Origin: Candidatus Hodarchaeota archaeon
Lineage (GTDB): Archaea > Asgardarchaeota > Heimdallarchaeia > Hodarchaeales > Hodarchaeaceae
DNA length: 26,843 bases
Assembly: GCA_016839815.1 (NCBI GenBank)
Contig: JAEOTM010000195.1
Coordinates: forward strand, 1 to 26,843
Direction of reading: 5' to 3'
Shown: one piece after another, positions 1 through 9,900 of the stretch
How the letters are laid out: every line of letters begins with the position of its first letter
How positions within the stretch are numbered: the first letter of the stretch is position 1
Program-made: the position numbers and the translations under genes
Notes under the pieces: generated by a model
The model's database searches: none
What the model saw: the letters and a program-made list of their open reading frames with translations, nothing else
What the model was told of the DNA's origin: nothing

Positions 1-2
1 TG

Positions 3-368
3 AAAAAATTGAAGATGTATTCTGAGACTTCTGATTCAAAAATTATGGTGACTTGGCAAATCCTCAAGTTAATGCAAGAAGAATTAGGTTTACCAAATTC
101 AATGTCGGTTCAAGATCTTAACGCGCTCTATTTAAGGTTGGAAGAGGTGAGAAAGGCTTTAGATCTTCAACTCATGAATTTCAGTCAGGTAAATGAATTA
201 AATTTTGAGCTATTAAAAATGCAGGAAATATTGAATTTTCCGGATGATATCCCAATATCAACTATAATTGCCAAGCTATCGGAAGAAAAATTAACCGATC
301 TAGGAAGAGACTCTCTTCTCGGAAAAATCCTTCTTTTTAATCAGCTAAAAATAAAAACCTATGAATAA
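3..368 (+). CDS. Hypothetical helical protein, probably 5'-truncated by the window edge
   Basis: The frame is open to the left edge (aaa aaa ttg aag atg...) and ends at TAA 366-368. It is L/E/K/Q-rich with an internal repeat. No family recognised. Confidence 0.6.
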   Translation, partial: KKLKMYSETSDSKIMVTWQILKLMQEELGLPNSMSVQDLNALYLRLEEVRKALDLQLMNFSQVNELNFELLKMQEILNFPDDIPISTIIAKLSEEKLTDLGRDSLLGKILLFNQLKIKTYE

Positions 369-922
369 TTTGGGTTCATGACTATATTTCTCAAACAAGT
401 CCATGAGTCTTTTTATTTTCGTAGGATTTCATCAATATTTGAAGCCTAATTACCGCTTAGGTTTCTTTCTAGAAGCGCTTCCGCTCTTTTCAGGTATATT
501 CTTTGGAAAAAGGCTTAAATCAATACCACAGCTATCGATCAATAAATACTAAATATCGTCAAACCAGCCTCAATAGATTCCTTTGTGATGAAAAAATCAT
601 TGTTTGAGTGTTGGTATTTGGAGGCATATGATATTTTTGGGAGTTTTTAGCTAAAATTATTGAGAAAAAGGATAGTAAGAACTGTTTGAAGAGTAAATTA
701 TGAACGTTAACACTTTTTAATGGAAATAACCAAGCTATTTCTTCCCCCTTCACTTTTTTCTTTTTCTTTCATTTTTGTTTTCAATTTACTTACCTCAAGG
801 GTTGTTCTTTTATTTTTCTAGTGTTCCTATACTAAAAAGATCGCAATACGAAATGTATTGTTATTGGTTTTCCGTATTATCGTTTAAATGAAATAAAACC
901 TTAGAATTAAGAAAATTAATGT

Positions 923-2839
923 GTGATTCTTGTGAACAAACCTCAAAATCAATATCATCATGTTATTGAAGAGCTGAAATCATTTATCGAAAGAATACTC
1001 AACGAACGAGAGGATAACCTTGGTTTATCAATAGCATTAACCAATGACCAAGAAATAATCTGGGCCCGTGGATTTGGATTTACTGATCATACTAGAAAAG
1101 AGCGAGTAACTAATGATACTTTATTCAGTAGTCAATCAATGGGAAAATGTTTTACTGCTACAACTTTTCTGATTTTGGTTAGTCAAGGATTGGTCAATCT
1201 TGATGATTCCATTCGAAAATATTATCCGAAATTTAAGATTAATACCATCCATGGAACTCCAGAAGATGAAATAGCACAAATTACTTTCCGAAGGATGCTA
1301 AGTCATAGAGCAGGGCTTACTCATGAAGCTCCAGTAGGGAATAATTATGATAATGCTCTCTGTTCATTTGAAGAGCATGTTCAAAGTATAAGTGAAGGGT
1401 GGTTAAAATCTCCTGTAGGTTCCGAAATGTCATATTCAAATCTTGGATATGATTTAACAGGATATGTAATGGGATTGATTAAAAACCGATCTTTCAAGGA
1501 AGTAATAGACGAAGAGTTATTTCAACCATTAGGAATAACCAACGCTACTTATGTGATTGAAGAAGCTCTAAAGAAATCTTTTGCGAAAGGTTATGATGGA
1601 AGATTTGCTTATCCAGCAGTTCAAGTCCCTATGCTAGGAGCAGGAGGATTGTATATTTCAGTACTAGATGTTGCAAAACTTATTTCTTTCCATTTAAGAA
1701 AAGGGAAAATTGAACAGAAGCAATTAATAAATCCAGATTTATTGGAGGAGATGTACAAACCACAGTTCCTTGAAACAAAAGAATTTGGTTATGGGTTTGG
1801 GCTTTATTCTGTTGTAAAAATTGAGAATGCCAAAGTTTATGGGCATGCAGGGGGAGGATATGGCTATCAAACAAATATGCAATGGCTCCCCGAATTTAGG
1901 ATTGGGGTTGTTGTATTATCTAATAATATGAAAAACAGTCGTGTAGAAAGCATTGCACAGAAAGCTCTTAAATTAATGGTCAATAATTCGGACAAATATA
2001 AATTTAAACCTATTTCTCCTGAATTGCTTAAGCGTTTGGAGGGAACTTATTGTGCTGATGGTAATCTTGCCCCCCAACTACTGAGAATTTCTTACGAAAA
2101 TGAGAAATTATTTGTTTACTATATGAATGGGACACGAATTGAGCTTTTCCCCCAAAGTTATACTGAGTTAATATCCCAAAGTAGTATAAAATTTTCTTTT
2201 GAGTTAGATCGGGAAAGTAAGCCAATAGCGATCTATATAGATGATGGACTATTTCCATACAAGGCCAAGTATAATGATGGCCCAAATGATGGATTGGGAC
2301 CAAACCAACAAGAATGGCAAAAATACTCTGGAATATACATATACGAAGAAGAATCAAGACCCAGTTATTTAGGTCTTGTAGTTATCAATGGTTTTCTTTA
2401 TCTCATTTTTCGAGATAATCTTAAATTGCATCAATTCGAAAATAATATTTATTTCACAGCAGATGGAGAAGTTCTCATCTTAAATAAAGGTGAACTAAAT
2501 TATAAAGGTATACATGCTGAAAAAATTGATTTTGATATTGATCAGTTCATTAAAAGCATTTTCCAAAAGGATTTTAAGTTTGATAATTACTACTCGGCAG
2601 TTTCGAGTTTAATTAATATATTAACTACCTTTCAAGGATTTAAACAAGCGTTAGATTTCATAGAGAAGATTGTGCAAATAGATAAGGATTTCATGGGCAA
2701 TTTCATAAACTTCGGGAAACGTCTTTTTGCTATAGGAAAATTGCAACAAGCAGAAGTATGTTTCACAAAGGTTCTAAAAATTGATTCAGAAAATAGAGAA
2801 GCAAAAAAAATGTCCGAACAGATTAAATGCAAAGACTAG
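923..2839 (+). CDS. Serine hydrolase of the beta-lactamase class C / AmpC-like family, with C-terminal extension and TPR
   Basis: SxxK (S72-M-G-K in TLFSSQSMGK), LSHRAGL, YxN (Y171-S-N), and HAG triad (YGHAGGGYG). The C-terminus is TPR-like (FGKRLFAIGKLQQAEVCFTKVLKIDSENREAKKM). No signal peptide. GTG start at 923 or 932. Confidence 0.9.
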   Translation: MILVNKPQNQYHHVIEELKSFIERILNEREDNLGLSIALTNDQEIIWARGFGFTDHTRKERVTNDTLFSSQSMGKCFTATTFLILVSQGLVNLDDSIRKYYPKFKINTIHGTPEDEIAQITFRRMLSHRAGLTHEAPVGNNYDNALCSFEEHVQSISEGWLKSPVGSEMSYSNLGYDLTGYVMGLIKNRSFKEVIDEELFQPLGITNATYVIEEALKKSFAKGYDGRFAYPAVQVPMLGAGGLYISVLDVAKLISFHLRKGKIEQKQLINPDLLEEMYKPQFLETKEFGYGFGLYSVVKIENAKVYGHAGGGYGYQTNMQWLPEFRIGVVVLSNNMKNSRVESIAQKALKLMVNNSDKYKFKPISPELLKRLEGTYCADGNLAPQLLRISYENEKLFVYYMNGTRIELFPQSYTELISQSSIKFSFELDRESKPIAIYIDDGLFPYKAKYNDGPNDGLGPNQQEWQKYSGIYIYEEESRPSYLGLVVINGFLYLIFRDNLKLHQFENNIYFTADGEVLILNKGELNYKGIHAEKIDFDIDQFIKSIFQKDFKFDNYYSAVSSLINILTTFQGFKQALDFIEKIVQIDKDFMGNFINFGKRLFAIGKLQQAEVCFTKVLKIDSENREAKKMSEQIKCKD

Positions 2840-2956
2840 TTAGGTTTTGAAAAGGATATACTATGAAATTTGCCCCGAATCTTTGACAAGTACGAAAAGT
2901 TTCTTCTGAATAAGAAATATCGAATTAAAAAGAATTAAAAATAAGACATCCTTTTA

Positions 2957-3496
2957 TTAAGTCTTACCTTCAGTCACTGTCACTTTTCCTTGAAAGATGA
3001 GAATTGTCGAAGTAAGAAAAACAATGGCAAACAGATTTACAGGTCCACCCACGAAGAGAAGAAGAAGACTAAATGTTAATGATAATAGACTAGCCCCGAT
3101 CTGTCCGTTTTCTAAATATTCAATAGGTAAATCTCTTTTTCCTTGGAGGGTACGAATTCCTAAAATTACAAAAACAATGGAAAAAGCAAAAGGTGTAATT
3201 ATATCTAATAACGCTGATTGTGAAGGAGAGAGAGAAAAGAAAAGATAATCAATTTCCCTTGAAGGAAGATAGATATCTTCTGGATAAGAAGTGGAAGAAG
3301 AGAGAAATGAATTTAGGTTCTGAAATGTTGGAATGAGGCATACAAGACCAAGCACTAATGATACTAAACCAATTCTTCGCTGAGAAAATAACGGATCTTT
3401 AGTAACGGAATCGTTATCATTAGATATATCGAAATCTTCTTCTAATTCTGCATCAAGATCTATCAGATCAATCTTTTCTCGATCTATATTGTTCAA
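2957..3496 (-). CDS. Hypothetical membrane protein (about 4 TM helices, acidic N-terminus)
   Basis: 179-aa ORF with a TTG start, a D/E-rich first 30 aa and four hydrophobic segments. Confidence 0.7.
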   Translation of the reverse strand: MNNIDREKIDLIDLDAELEEDFDISNDNDSVTKDPLFSQRRIGLVSLVLGLVCLIPTFQNLNSFLSSSTSYPEDIYLPSREIDYLFFSLSPSQSALLDIITPFAFSIVFVILGIRTLQGKRDLPIEYLENGQIGASLLSLTFSLLLLFVGGPVNLFAIVFLTSTILIFQGKVTVTEGKT

Positions 3497-3781
3497 GCAT
3501 TTTTATTTTCTTCTCTAATTTTTAAGGTTTTTGAGGGTTGTTTTCTATAAGGGGATTAGTTTTCACATTTCTGTCCATAACTGGTTTAGACGCAAAAGGC
3601 ACCTTCTACGACTTTGGAAGTAATAACAATCAAGAAAGTAAGATTTAGGCATTTAGGTTAAGAAAAGAAATTATTTCAAGCATTATTCCGTACTTCCCCT
3701 CAGCCATCGCAAAATGTCTATATACATCAAAAATATTTTCAGAAAGTTAATAAGAAAAAATGAGTGCAAATACCCATCATT

Positions 3782-4329
3782 ATGAAAACACAAAACCTGA
3801 AAAAAATTGAAGTGATCATAGCCTCAACTTTAGTGGTAATATTCTTCAATCCAATGGTTTCGGTTGCTTTACCATTACAGTATTTCCTTCAAGATAATTC
3901 ATCCTCTCCAATCAGTTCTGGTACTGCTATTCTGAAGATTCTCATACTTATAGGAAAAACAACCAATTTTCCCCTACGATCACTGCTACCCGAGAGCTGG
4001 CAATAAACTACTATTATACCAATATTACGTTATTAATTGGTCACCAGAAAAAAACTACCGCCATTACAGGTTATATCGAGGATACTAATGGGGATTCCTT
4101 GGCTCAAGAGGTCGTTAAATTATTCGATGCATCAGAGAATGTGATTGCTACCACTCTTAGTGATGAAAACGGCTACTACTACTTCCTTGATGTTGGAATT
4201 GGAACTTTTATTGTAAAAGCGAAAAATAATAGAATAATCCAGTCAATAGAAGTGAAAAAGAAAAAAGAAGAACGAAAAAAAGAGAAAAAGAGAGGAAAGA
4301 GGAGAGGGAGTGACAAGAATAAAAAATGA
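3782..4329 (+). pseudogene. Frameshifted or truncated secreted protein with a carboxypeptidase-regulatory-like / SdrD-B (prealbumin-fold) domain
   Basis: ATG 3782 starts a signal-peptide-like segment (MKTQNLKKIEVIIASTLVVIFFNPMVSVA) that stops at 4006. The -1 frame is open 3898-4329 and encodes AITGYIEDTNGDSLAQEVVKLFD...ATTLSDENGYYYFLDVGIGTFIVKA, a typical I.G...D..G.........T.SD.NG.Y.F pattern. Confidence 0.6.
4255..4329 (-). terminator. Polypyrimidine (T/C) tract, archaeal-type terminator for a minus-strand unit
   Basis: An almost pure A/G run on + (T/C on -), directly downstream of the minus-strand frame ending at 4340. Confidence 0.4.
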
Positions 4330-4339
4330 ATTAAAATAA

Positions 4340-4627
4340 TCAATCTCCTAAAATCCTTCGTCCAAATTTGTCATGTGTATGTTCAAAGGAAGACCTACGT
4401 CTCCTAATGTAACCCATGAACATTTCGATAAGACACTTTGGTATAGCAAAAGAAAGGAATGGAGTTAGTAGATCAATGGATTCAACTCTATAATTCCACC
4501 ATTCTAACTTTTCATATTTTGATTTAGAATATGTTTTGGATTCCTCCCAGTCTTCCCAAACAATTGTAAGGCATGGATTATCATCCAGATCAAAAACTTC
4601 TACCTTTGTTGGAATAAGAAGAAGTAA
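4340..4627 (-). pseudogene. Start-less 95-codon reading frame, probable 3' gene remnant
   Basis: Manual translation gives LLLIPTKVEVFDLDDNPCLTIVWEDWEESKTYSKSKYEKLEWWNYRVESIDLLTPFLSFAIPKCLIEMFMGYIRRRRSSFEHTHDKFGRRILGD*. It is bounded by TGA at 4628-4630 and is absent from the ORF track. Confidence 0.4.
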
Positions 4628-4753
4628 TCAATGAAATAAAAGAGTTTAGTCTTCGTTTATTAAAAAAGATTGACTCTACTCTTGACTCATTTTAAGACTA
4701 GTTACATTTATCTTAACATAATGCTTTTTAATCCGGTTCTGGTTGGTTAAATG

Positions 4754-4770
4754 TTCAAATTTAATTTGAA
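4754..4770. promoter_or_regulatory. Perfect 8-1-8 inverted repeat, candidate operator upstream of SOR
   Basis: TTCAAATT-T-AATTTGAA ends 14 nt before the first ATG (4785). Confidence 0.45.
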
Positions 4771-4793
4771 ATAAACTAGAGGATATGCTATTT

Positions 4794-5180
4794 ATGGACT
4801 TTAATGAATTATTCCAGTCAGCAGATTGGAAAACAGAAAAACATTCGCCAGTTATTAAGATTAAAGAGAAAGAAGACAAAGATTTTGTCTTCATTAAGGT
4901 TTTAGTGGGGAAAGAAATTGCCCATCCTAATCAAACCAACCATCATATTTCATGGATTTCTCTGTTCTTTCTACCCAATGGTGAGAAATTTCCACTACAA
5001 GTAGGTAAAGTTGAATTTACCGCTCATGGTGAATCTGCAGCTGGTCCAGATACATCCACAGTATATACAGAACCCAAGGGATTGTTTGCACTTAAAACTG
5101 AGAAATCAGGAACATTAATTGCGTTCTCTTACTGTAATATTCACGGTCTTTGGCGTTCTGAAGAAAAACTCACCGTTTAA
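4794..5180 (+). CDS. sor: Superoxide reductase (neelaredoxin / 1Fe class II SOR)
   Basis: Iron ligand motifs EKHSP, HPNQTNHHISWI and YCNIHGLW. No N-terminal desulforedoxin domain. AGAGGA at 4778-4783. Start at 4785 or 4794. Confidence 0.93.
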   Translation: MDFNELFQSADWKTEKHSPVIKIKEKEDKDFVFIKVLVGKEIAHPNQTNHHISWISLFFLPNGEKFPLQVGKVEFTAHGESAAGPDTSTVYTEPKGLFALKTEKSGTLIAFSYCNIHGLWRSEEKLTV

Positions 5181-5185
5181 TCTCT

Positions 5186-5213
5186 GTTGGGGTAAAACCC
5201 CTACTTTTTTTTT
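5186..5213 (+). terminator. Hairpin plus T-tract terminator after sor
   Basis: GGGGT-AAA-ACCCC stem (5189-5201) followed by T9 (5205-5213). Confidence 0.6.
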
Positions 5214-5265
5214 AATTTTTGAAAAATTTACTATTCTGATAGCCAACCGAATGAGGAAATTAGAT

Positions 5266-6459
5266 ATGAGATGCATTATCATTGGTAACGGAGTTGCCGG
5301 TGTTACAGTAGCCCGATCTTTAGCCCAACAGCTGGATTCAGAGTCAAAAATCATCCTTTTCTCCACTGAACCATATGGGTATTATTCCCGTCCAAAATTA
5401 CCCCAATTTTTGGGAGATTCTAACCAAACACCAGATGATCTAATGATATACAATGTTAATTGGTATCGAGGAGTGAATATTGATTTTCACCCAAACGAGA
5501 AAATTATAGCCATAAATCGTGAGGAAAAGAAACTTATCTCGGAAAAGGATGAATACTTATATGACAAGGTAGTATTAGCCCAAGGTGCTAGCTGTGCTTG
5601 TCCACCAATTCCAGGACTTGAACTAAAACATGCATACACACTCAGAACCTTATCTGATGCATTAGTAATCCGTAATCAACTGGAGAAAAGTCAATCAGTG
5701 GTAATAATTGGAGGAGGTTTACTAGGAATTGAGAATGCAATTGCGTGTGCAAAACATGGGTTAAAAACAACGATTATAGAATTTTTCCCTCATTTATTGC
5801 CAAGACAGTTGGATCCAGAAGGAAGTAAGATATTCACTCAATTACTGAGTAAATATGGTGTAGAGACCATTACCAATGCTCAAGTTCAGGAAATCCTCGG
5901 TCAGGGAAAGGTTGAGCAAGTTACATTGAAAGATGGACGAAAAATACCAGCTGATATGGTTATGACATGTACAGGCATTAAACCACGCGTTGAGTTAGCT
6001 AAACGAGCTGAACTTGAAGTAAACCGGGGAGTAGTTGTCAATGATTATCTTGAAACATCTGATCCAAACATCTTTGCAGTTGGAGACGTTGCAGAACACA
6101 ATGGTAGAGTTTATGGCATTATTCCTCCGATAACAGAGCAATCACGTATAGTAGTTGAAAATCTAATATCACCACAGACACGAAAATATCATGGATCGAA
6201 AATGTCAACGACTCTCAAAGTTGCAGATCTTTTCCTAACATCCATCGGATATGATGCAAAACAAGAAGGTTTTTCTACCTTGAAATACGTAAATATCGAC
6301 TCTAGTGAATATATAAAGATCTTTCACAAGGATGATAGGATAAAAGCGATTATTTTGTTAGGAACTAAGAAAGGTATTCCTTACTTGAGGAAGTTATTTG
6401 ATGAATCTCTAATCGAGAATCTGGAGAAAATTGAAGAATTATTTCCAGGAATTGTATGA
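5266..6459 (+). CDS. FAD-dependent pyridine nucleotide-disulfide family oxidoreductase, NAD(P)H:rubredoxin reductase / NirB-N-like
   Basis: IIGNGVAG (FAD), YSRPKL, VIIGGGLLGIE (NAD(P)H) and TSDPNIFAVGDVAE. The true start is probably ATG 5266 (GAGGA at 5253-5257). The ORF-track extension to 5119 runs through the sor terminator. Confidence 0.88.
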   Translation: MRCIIIGNGVAGVTVARSLAQQLDSESKIILFSTEPYGYYSRPKLPQFLGDSNQTPDDLMIYNVNWYRGVNIDFHPNEKIIAINREEKKLISEKDEYLYDKVVLAQGASCACPPIPGLELKHAYTLRTLSDALVIRNQLEKSQSVVIIGGGLLGIENAIACAKHGLKTTIIEFFPHLLPRQLDPEGSKIFTQLLSKYGVETITNAQVQEILGQGKVEQVTLKDGRKIPADMVMTCTGIKPRVELAKRAELEVNRGVVVNDYLETSDPNIFAVGDVAEHNGRVYGIIPPITEQSRIVVENLISPQTRKYHGSKMSTTLKVADLFLTSIGYDAKQEGFSTLKYVNIDSSEYIKIFHKDDRIKAIILLGTKKGIPYLRKLFDESLIENLEKIEELFPGIV

Positions 6460-6963
6460 AAACAAATTTACCAGTTCCAAATATTCCTTGATGAATTGAT
6501 TCATCATAAATTGTCGGGTCATATCGAAAGGGATGTATTCAGTTTATTTAACAGCGTGTTATGTTTGTGATGAGAATCTTTTGACCCTCTAATTTTGAAA
6601 AGTCTCTCCCTTCTTGGGATTTATGAACTCCCAAGTATTTTCTATATGTGGTTAAATAGAACCGAGGTAGAATTAATGACGATAGAGACAACTCCACTCC
6701 ACACTGTTATGTCTTATCTAAATTATAGTGGACCTATTTTAGAAAGTTTTCATCCAATAAAAAGCGTAGAAATTGCACAAAATTGTATTTCTGACGATTA
6801 TCTTTTTTTCCATTTTATGAAGCAAGGGTTCCTCGTGAATTTTTCACCATTTTTCCGAGGATTTTTCTTTCGGGTTCGGTACTTCAACTATAAAGATGGA
6901 AGCTTTTGGCCGTAAATCCAGCATAACTGATAAGTCAAATGTGTTGTGATAAGAACTCTTTAT

Positions 6964-9900
6964 TCAATAATATTTGCCTCGGGATCTGTTAAACCACTTA
7001 GCTGCTTCAATTACAATTACAGGGATTGTCGCTGCAACTAAGCATATCAACCAATCACTGATAGAAAGACCAAGGATATCTACATACACTCCAATTCCTG
7101 CAATTATCTCTTGAAATATGGGGATGTACATTAGTCCTAAATGAATAGGGAGAATGGAGAACGCAAGTGCATAAGTAATCCAAGAGGAATCTTTTCGAAT
7201 CGCATCAAGTAAGGATTGATCTATCCTTCGTATAGATAAGATCATCAAAGGGATAGCAAGATACAAGATTGTATGCATCATTGTCCTCGCTTTAGCATGT
7301 TCCCAGCTAAGAGGACGCAGATTAATATCGGCTACACTCGGATCATCATGGAAAATTGGTAAATAGAAATCCCGATTCGTCACATTCACTGGAATCCACC
7401 CGAAATAAGTTGTGAAGTAAACTAGATATATAACGCTTGCAAGGCTTATTACAACTGCTAGGAGGGTCAGAGCAAGTTTCCGATTAAATATTCCCGCTGA
7501 ATCAATAGGGTCACGATTCATAATCCCTCGGGGCACCTGATCTAAGATCAACGCTAAAGGGGGGAACGTATGGGCAATTCCAAAAATATATGCTCGTTGG
7601 AGGTGATCCATTAATTCAAATCCAGGGATGAATCCTGAAATGAAGCTTGCCCCAATATAACAGGCAGCCTCACTTAAATTGATCGCTATATAAAAGAATA
7701 TAATCACTCGTATTCGTTGAAATAGTGCACGCCCCTCTCGTATCCCTGTCACAATTGAATTAAAAGAATCATCCGCAATTACTAGATCTGCTGCTTGTTT
7801 AGATACCTCTGTTCCTGCAATACCCATTGCAATCCCTGCATCAGCCATACTTAACGCTAAAGCATCATTAACCCCATCACCTGTCATAGCAACTACCCGA
7901 TTCTGATTTTGATAGCGTTGAATAATTGTTTGCTTATCCTGAGGGGCCACACGAGCAAAAACTCGAGTTTCTTTAAAATCAGGATCATTCAGAAGCGTAG
8001 CCATTCGTCCTTCATGTGCCTGATGATCTTTTGGACTCATCAAACCGATACTCCCTGCAATAGATGAAGCAGTAATTGGTGAATCTCCAGTAATCATAAT
8101 GGGTGTGATTCCAGCAGCTAGTGTTTCTTGAACAGATTCATCTACCATCTCACGTGGAGGATCTAACACTTTTACAAACCCGAGATAACACAAATCAGAT
8201 TCTATCAGGTCTCTTTCATCATCATTTTTGGGAGGGAGCTTTTCTGGATATCTATATGTAAAGGATAATACCCGATATCCTTCTCCTGCAACTGTCTCAA
8301 CTTCGGATAGGATTTCTTTCTTATCAGCCTCTGTTATGGTTCTTTGTTCATCTCCGTATCCAATAAGAGTACATCGTGGAAGAACCACTTCAGTAGCTCC
8401 CTTACAGAAGACAATTGGCTTATCGTCTAGTTCAAACACTTTACTCATTCGCTTTAACGAGGAATCAAACGGAAATTCTCTTATTAGATTATATTGCTTT
8501 GAGATCCTCTTTTCTGAGATCTTACTTTTATTAAAAAGAGTCATAAGAGCGGATTCTGTCGGGGAACCAGTACCAGTGTATACCACCTGATCTCCAATAG
8601 TTTCTTCAGTAATCTTGGAGTCGTTGTTTAACATACCAGAAACAATTAACAATCCTAATGAGGAGTCAAGATTAACATCAATTGGTTTCAAATTTAATGC
8701 TTCTTTCTCACTAACCTGAATATGGGTTGTACCTTCAATCCTAGATATATATCCCTTAGGAGAATAACCTAATCCACTTACATAGTAATGTTGATCCGAA
8801 GAAGCATCCCATATTCCTTTTACTGTCATTTGACCAGCAGTAATCGTACCTGTTTTATCAGAACAGAGAATAGAGATTCGACCCAAGCTCTCGATCGATG
8901 CAAGATTACGGATAATGACTTTATGCTTAGCCATGGCCAATACTCCCGTAATAAGTATAATAGTTGTAAGTAACGGAATATTTATTGGAACAACAGACAT
9001 AGCTTTAATGATAATATTTGACATATCAAAGATAATTCTACCAAATAGAGCAATTAGATCATTTTCAGGGATTACTCCCTTCTCTAGATCAGAAAAAATC
9101 ACAGTTCCTTGATAAATAAGTAAAAGACTGAATACAATAAGCATTCCCCCTGCAAGGTAATTTCCGATTACGTTGACTTTCTGACGGATAGGAATGTCCC
9201 CTGTGTTTAATTCAGCCAATTCTAAGCTAATTTTACCAAATTCAGTGCGGCCACCTGTATTCACCACAAGGAGTCTCCCTGAACCCATTGTCACAAAAGT
9301 TCCATTATACACCATATTCTTCCTCTCACCTATAGTTGTATCTTTTTCAAAAACTTTAGTTCCATCCTCAATTTTTGTTGCAGGAACACTTTCTCCTGTC
9401 AATGAGGACTCATTAACACGGAATGAGCTAGAATTTATTATTCGAGCATCTGCAGGAACTTTGTCTCCTTGAGCTAAGATAATCACGTCACCAGGAACAA
9501 CGGTTTCAGTGGTGATTTCGATTTCCTTTCCGTCACGAATTACTCTCGCAGTTGGAGCGGACATTTTCTGTAATGCTTCTATTTGTTTTTGTGCCCGTTG
9601 TTGCTGAATGATTGCGATCAGGAAATTTACACCTACGATGATTAGCCACTGAATGGCCGTAATCCAGATTGAAGTATCGGAAGGATCAATAAAAATGAAA
9701 TAAATCAAAGCAAGGATTAAAATGAAAGTTGTCATTAATAGATAAATTACGATCAATGTATTCATCAAAGGAGCCAAATACACTTTCCAGAAGCTCTGCT
9801 TTGGTTGAGGGATTTGATTTTGACCGTACCTCTCTAAACGACTGCTTGCTTCGCTTGAACTTAACCCTTTCTTGACATCAGTCTTTAAATCGTTTATTAG

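Noticed and set aside
5119-5265. N-terminal extension of the reductase in the ORF track
   Set aside because: It overlaps sor and crosses its terminator. The Rossmann motif begins right after ATG 5266.
6457-6915. Selenocysteine or TGA read-through extending the reductase
   Set aside because: The reductase is already full length at its TGA. The extension resembles no known domain, includes tandem TGA TGA, and no convincing SECIS was seen. TGA is an ordinary stop for other genes here.
6595-6915. 106-aa ORF on + as a real gene
   Set aside because: TTG start without a ribosome-binding site, Phe-rich composition typical of antisense to A-rich sequence, and no motif.
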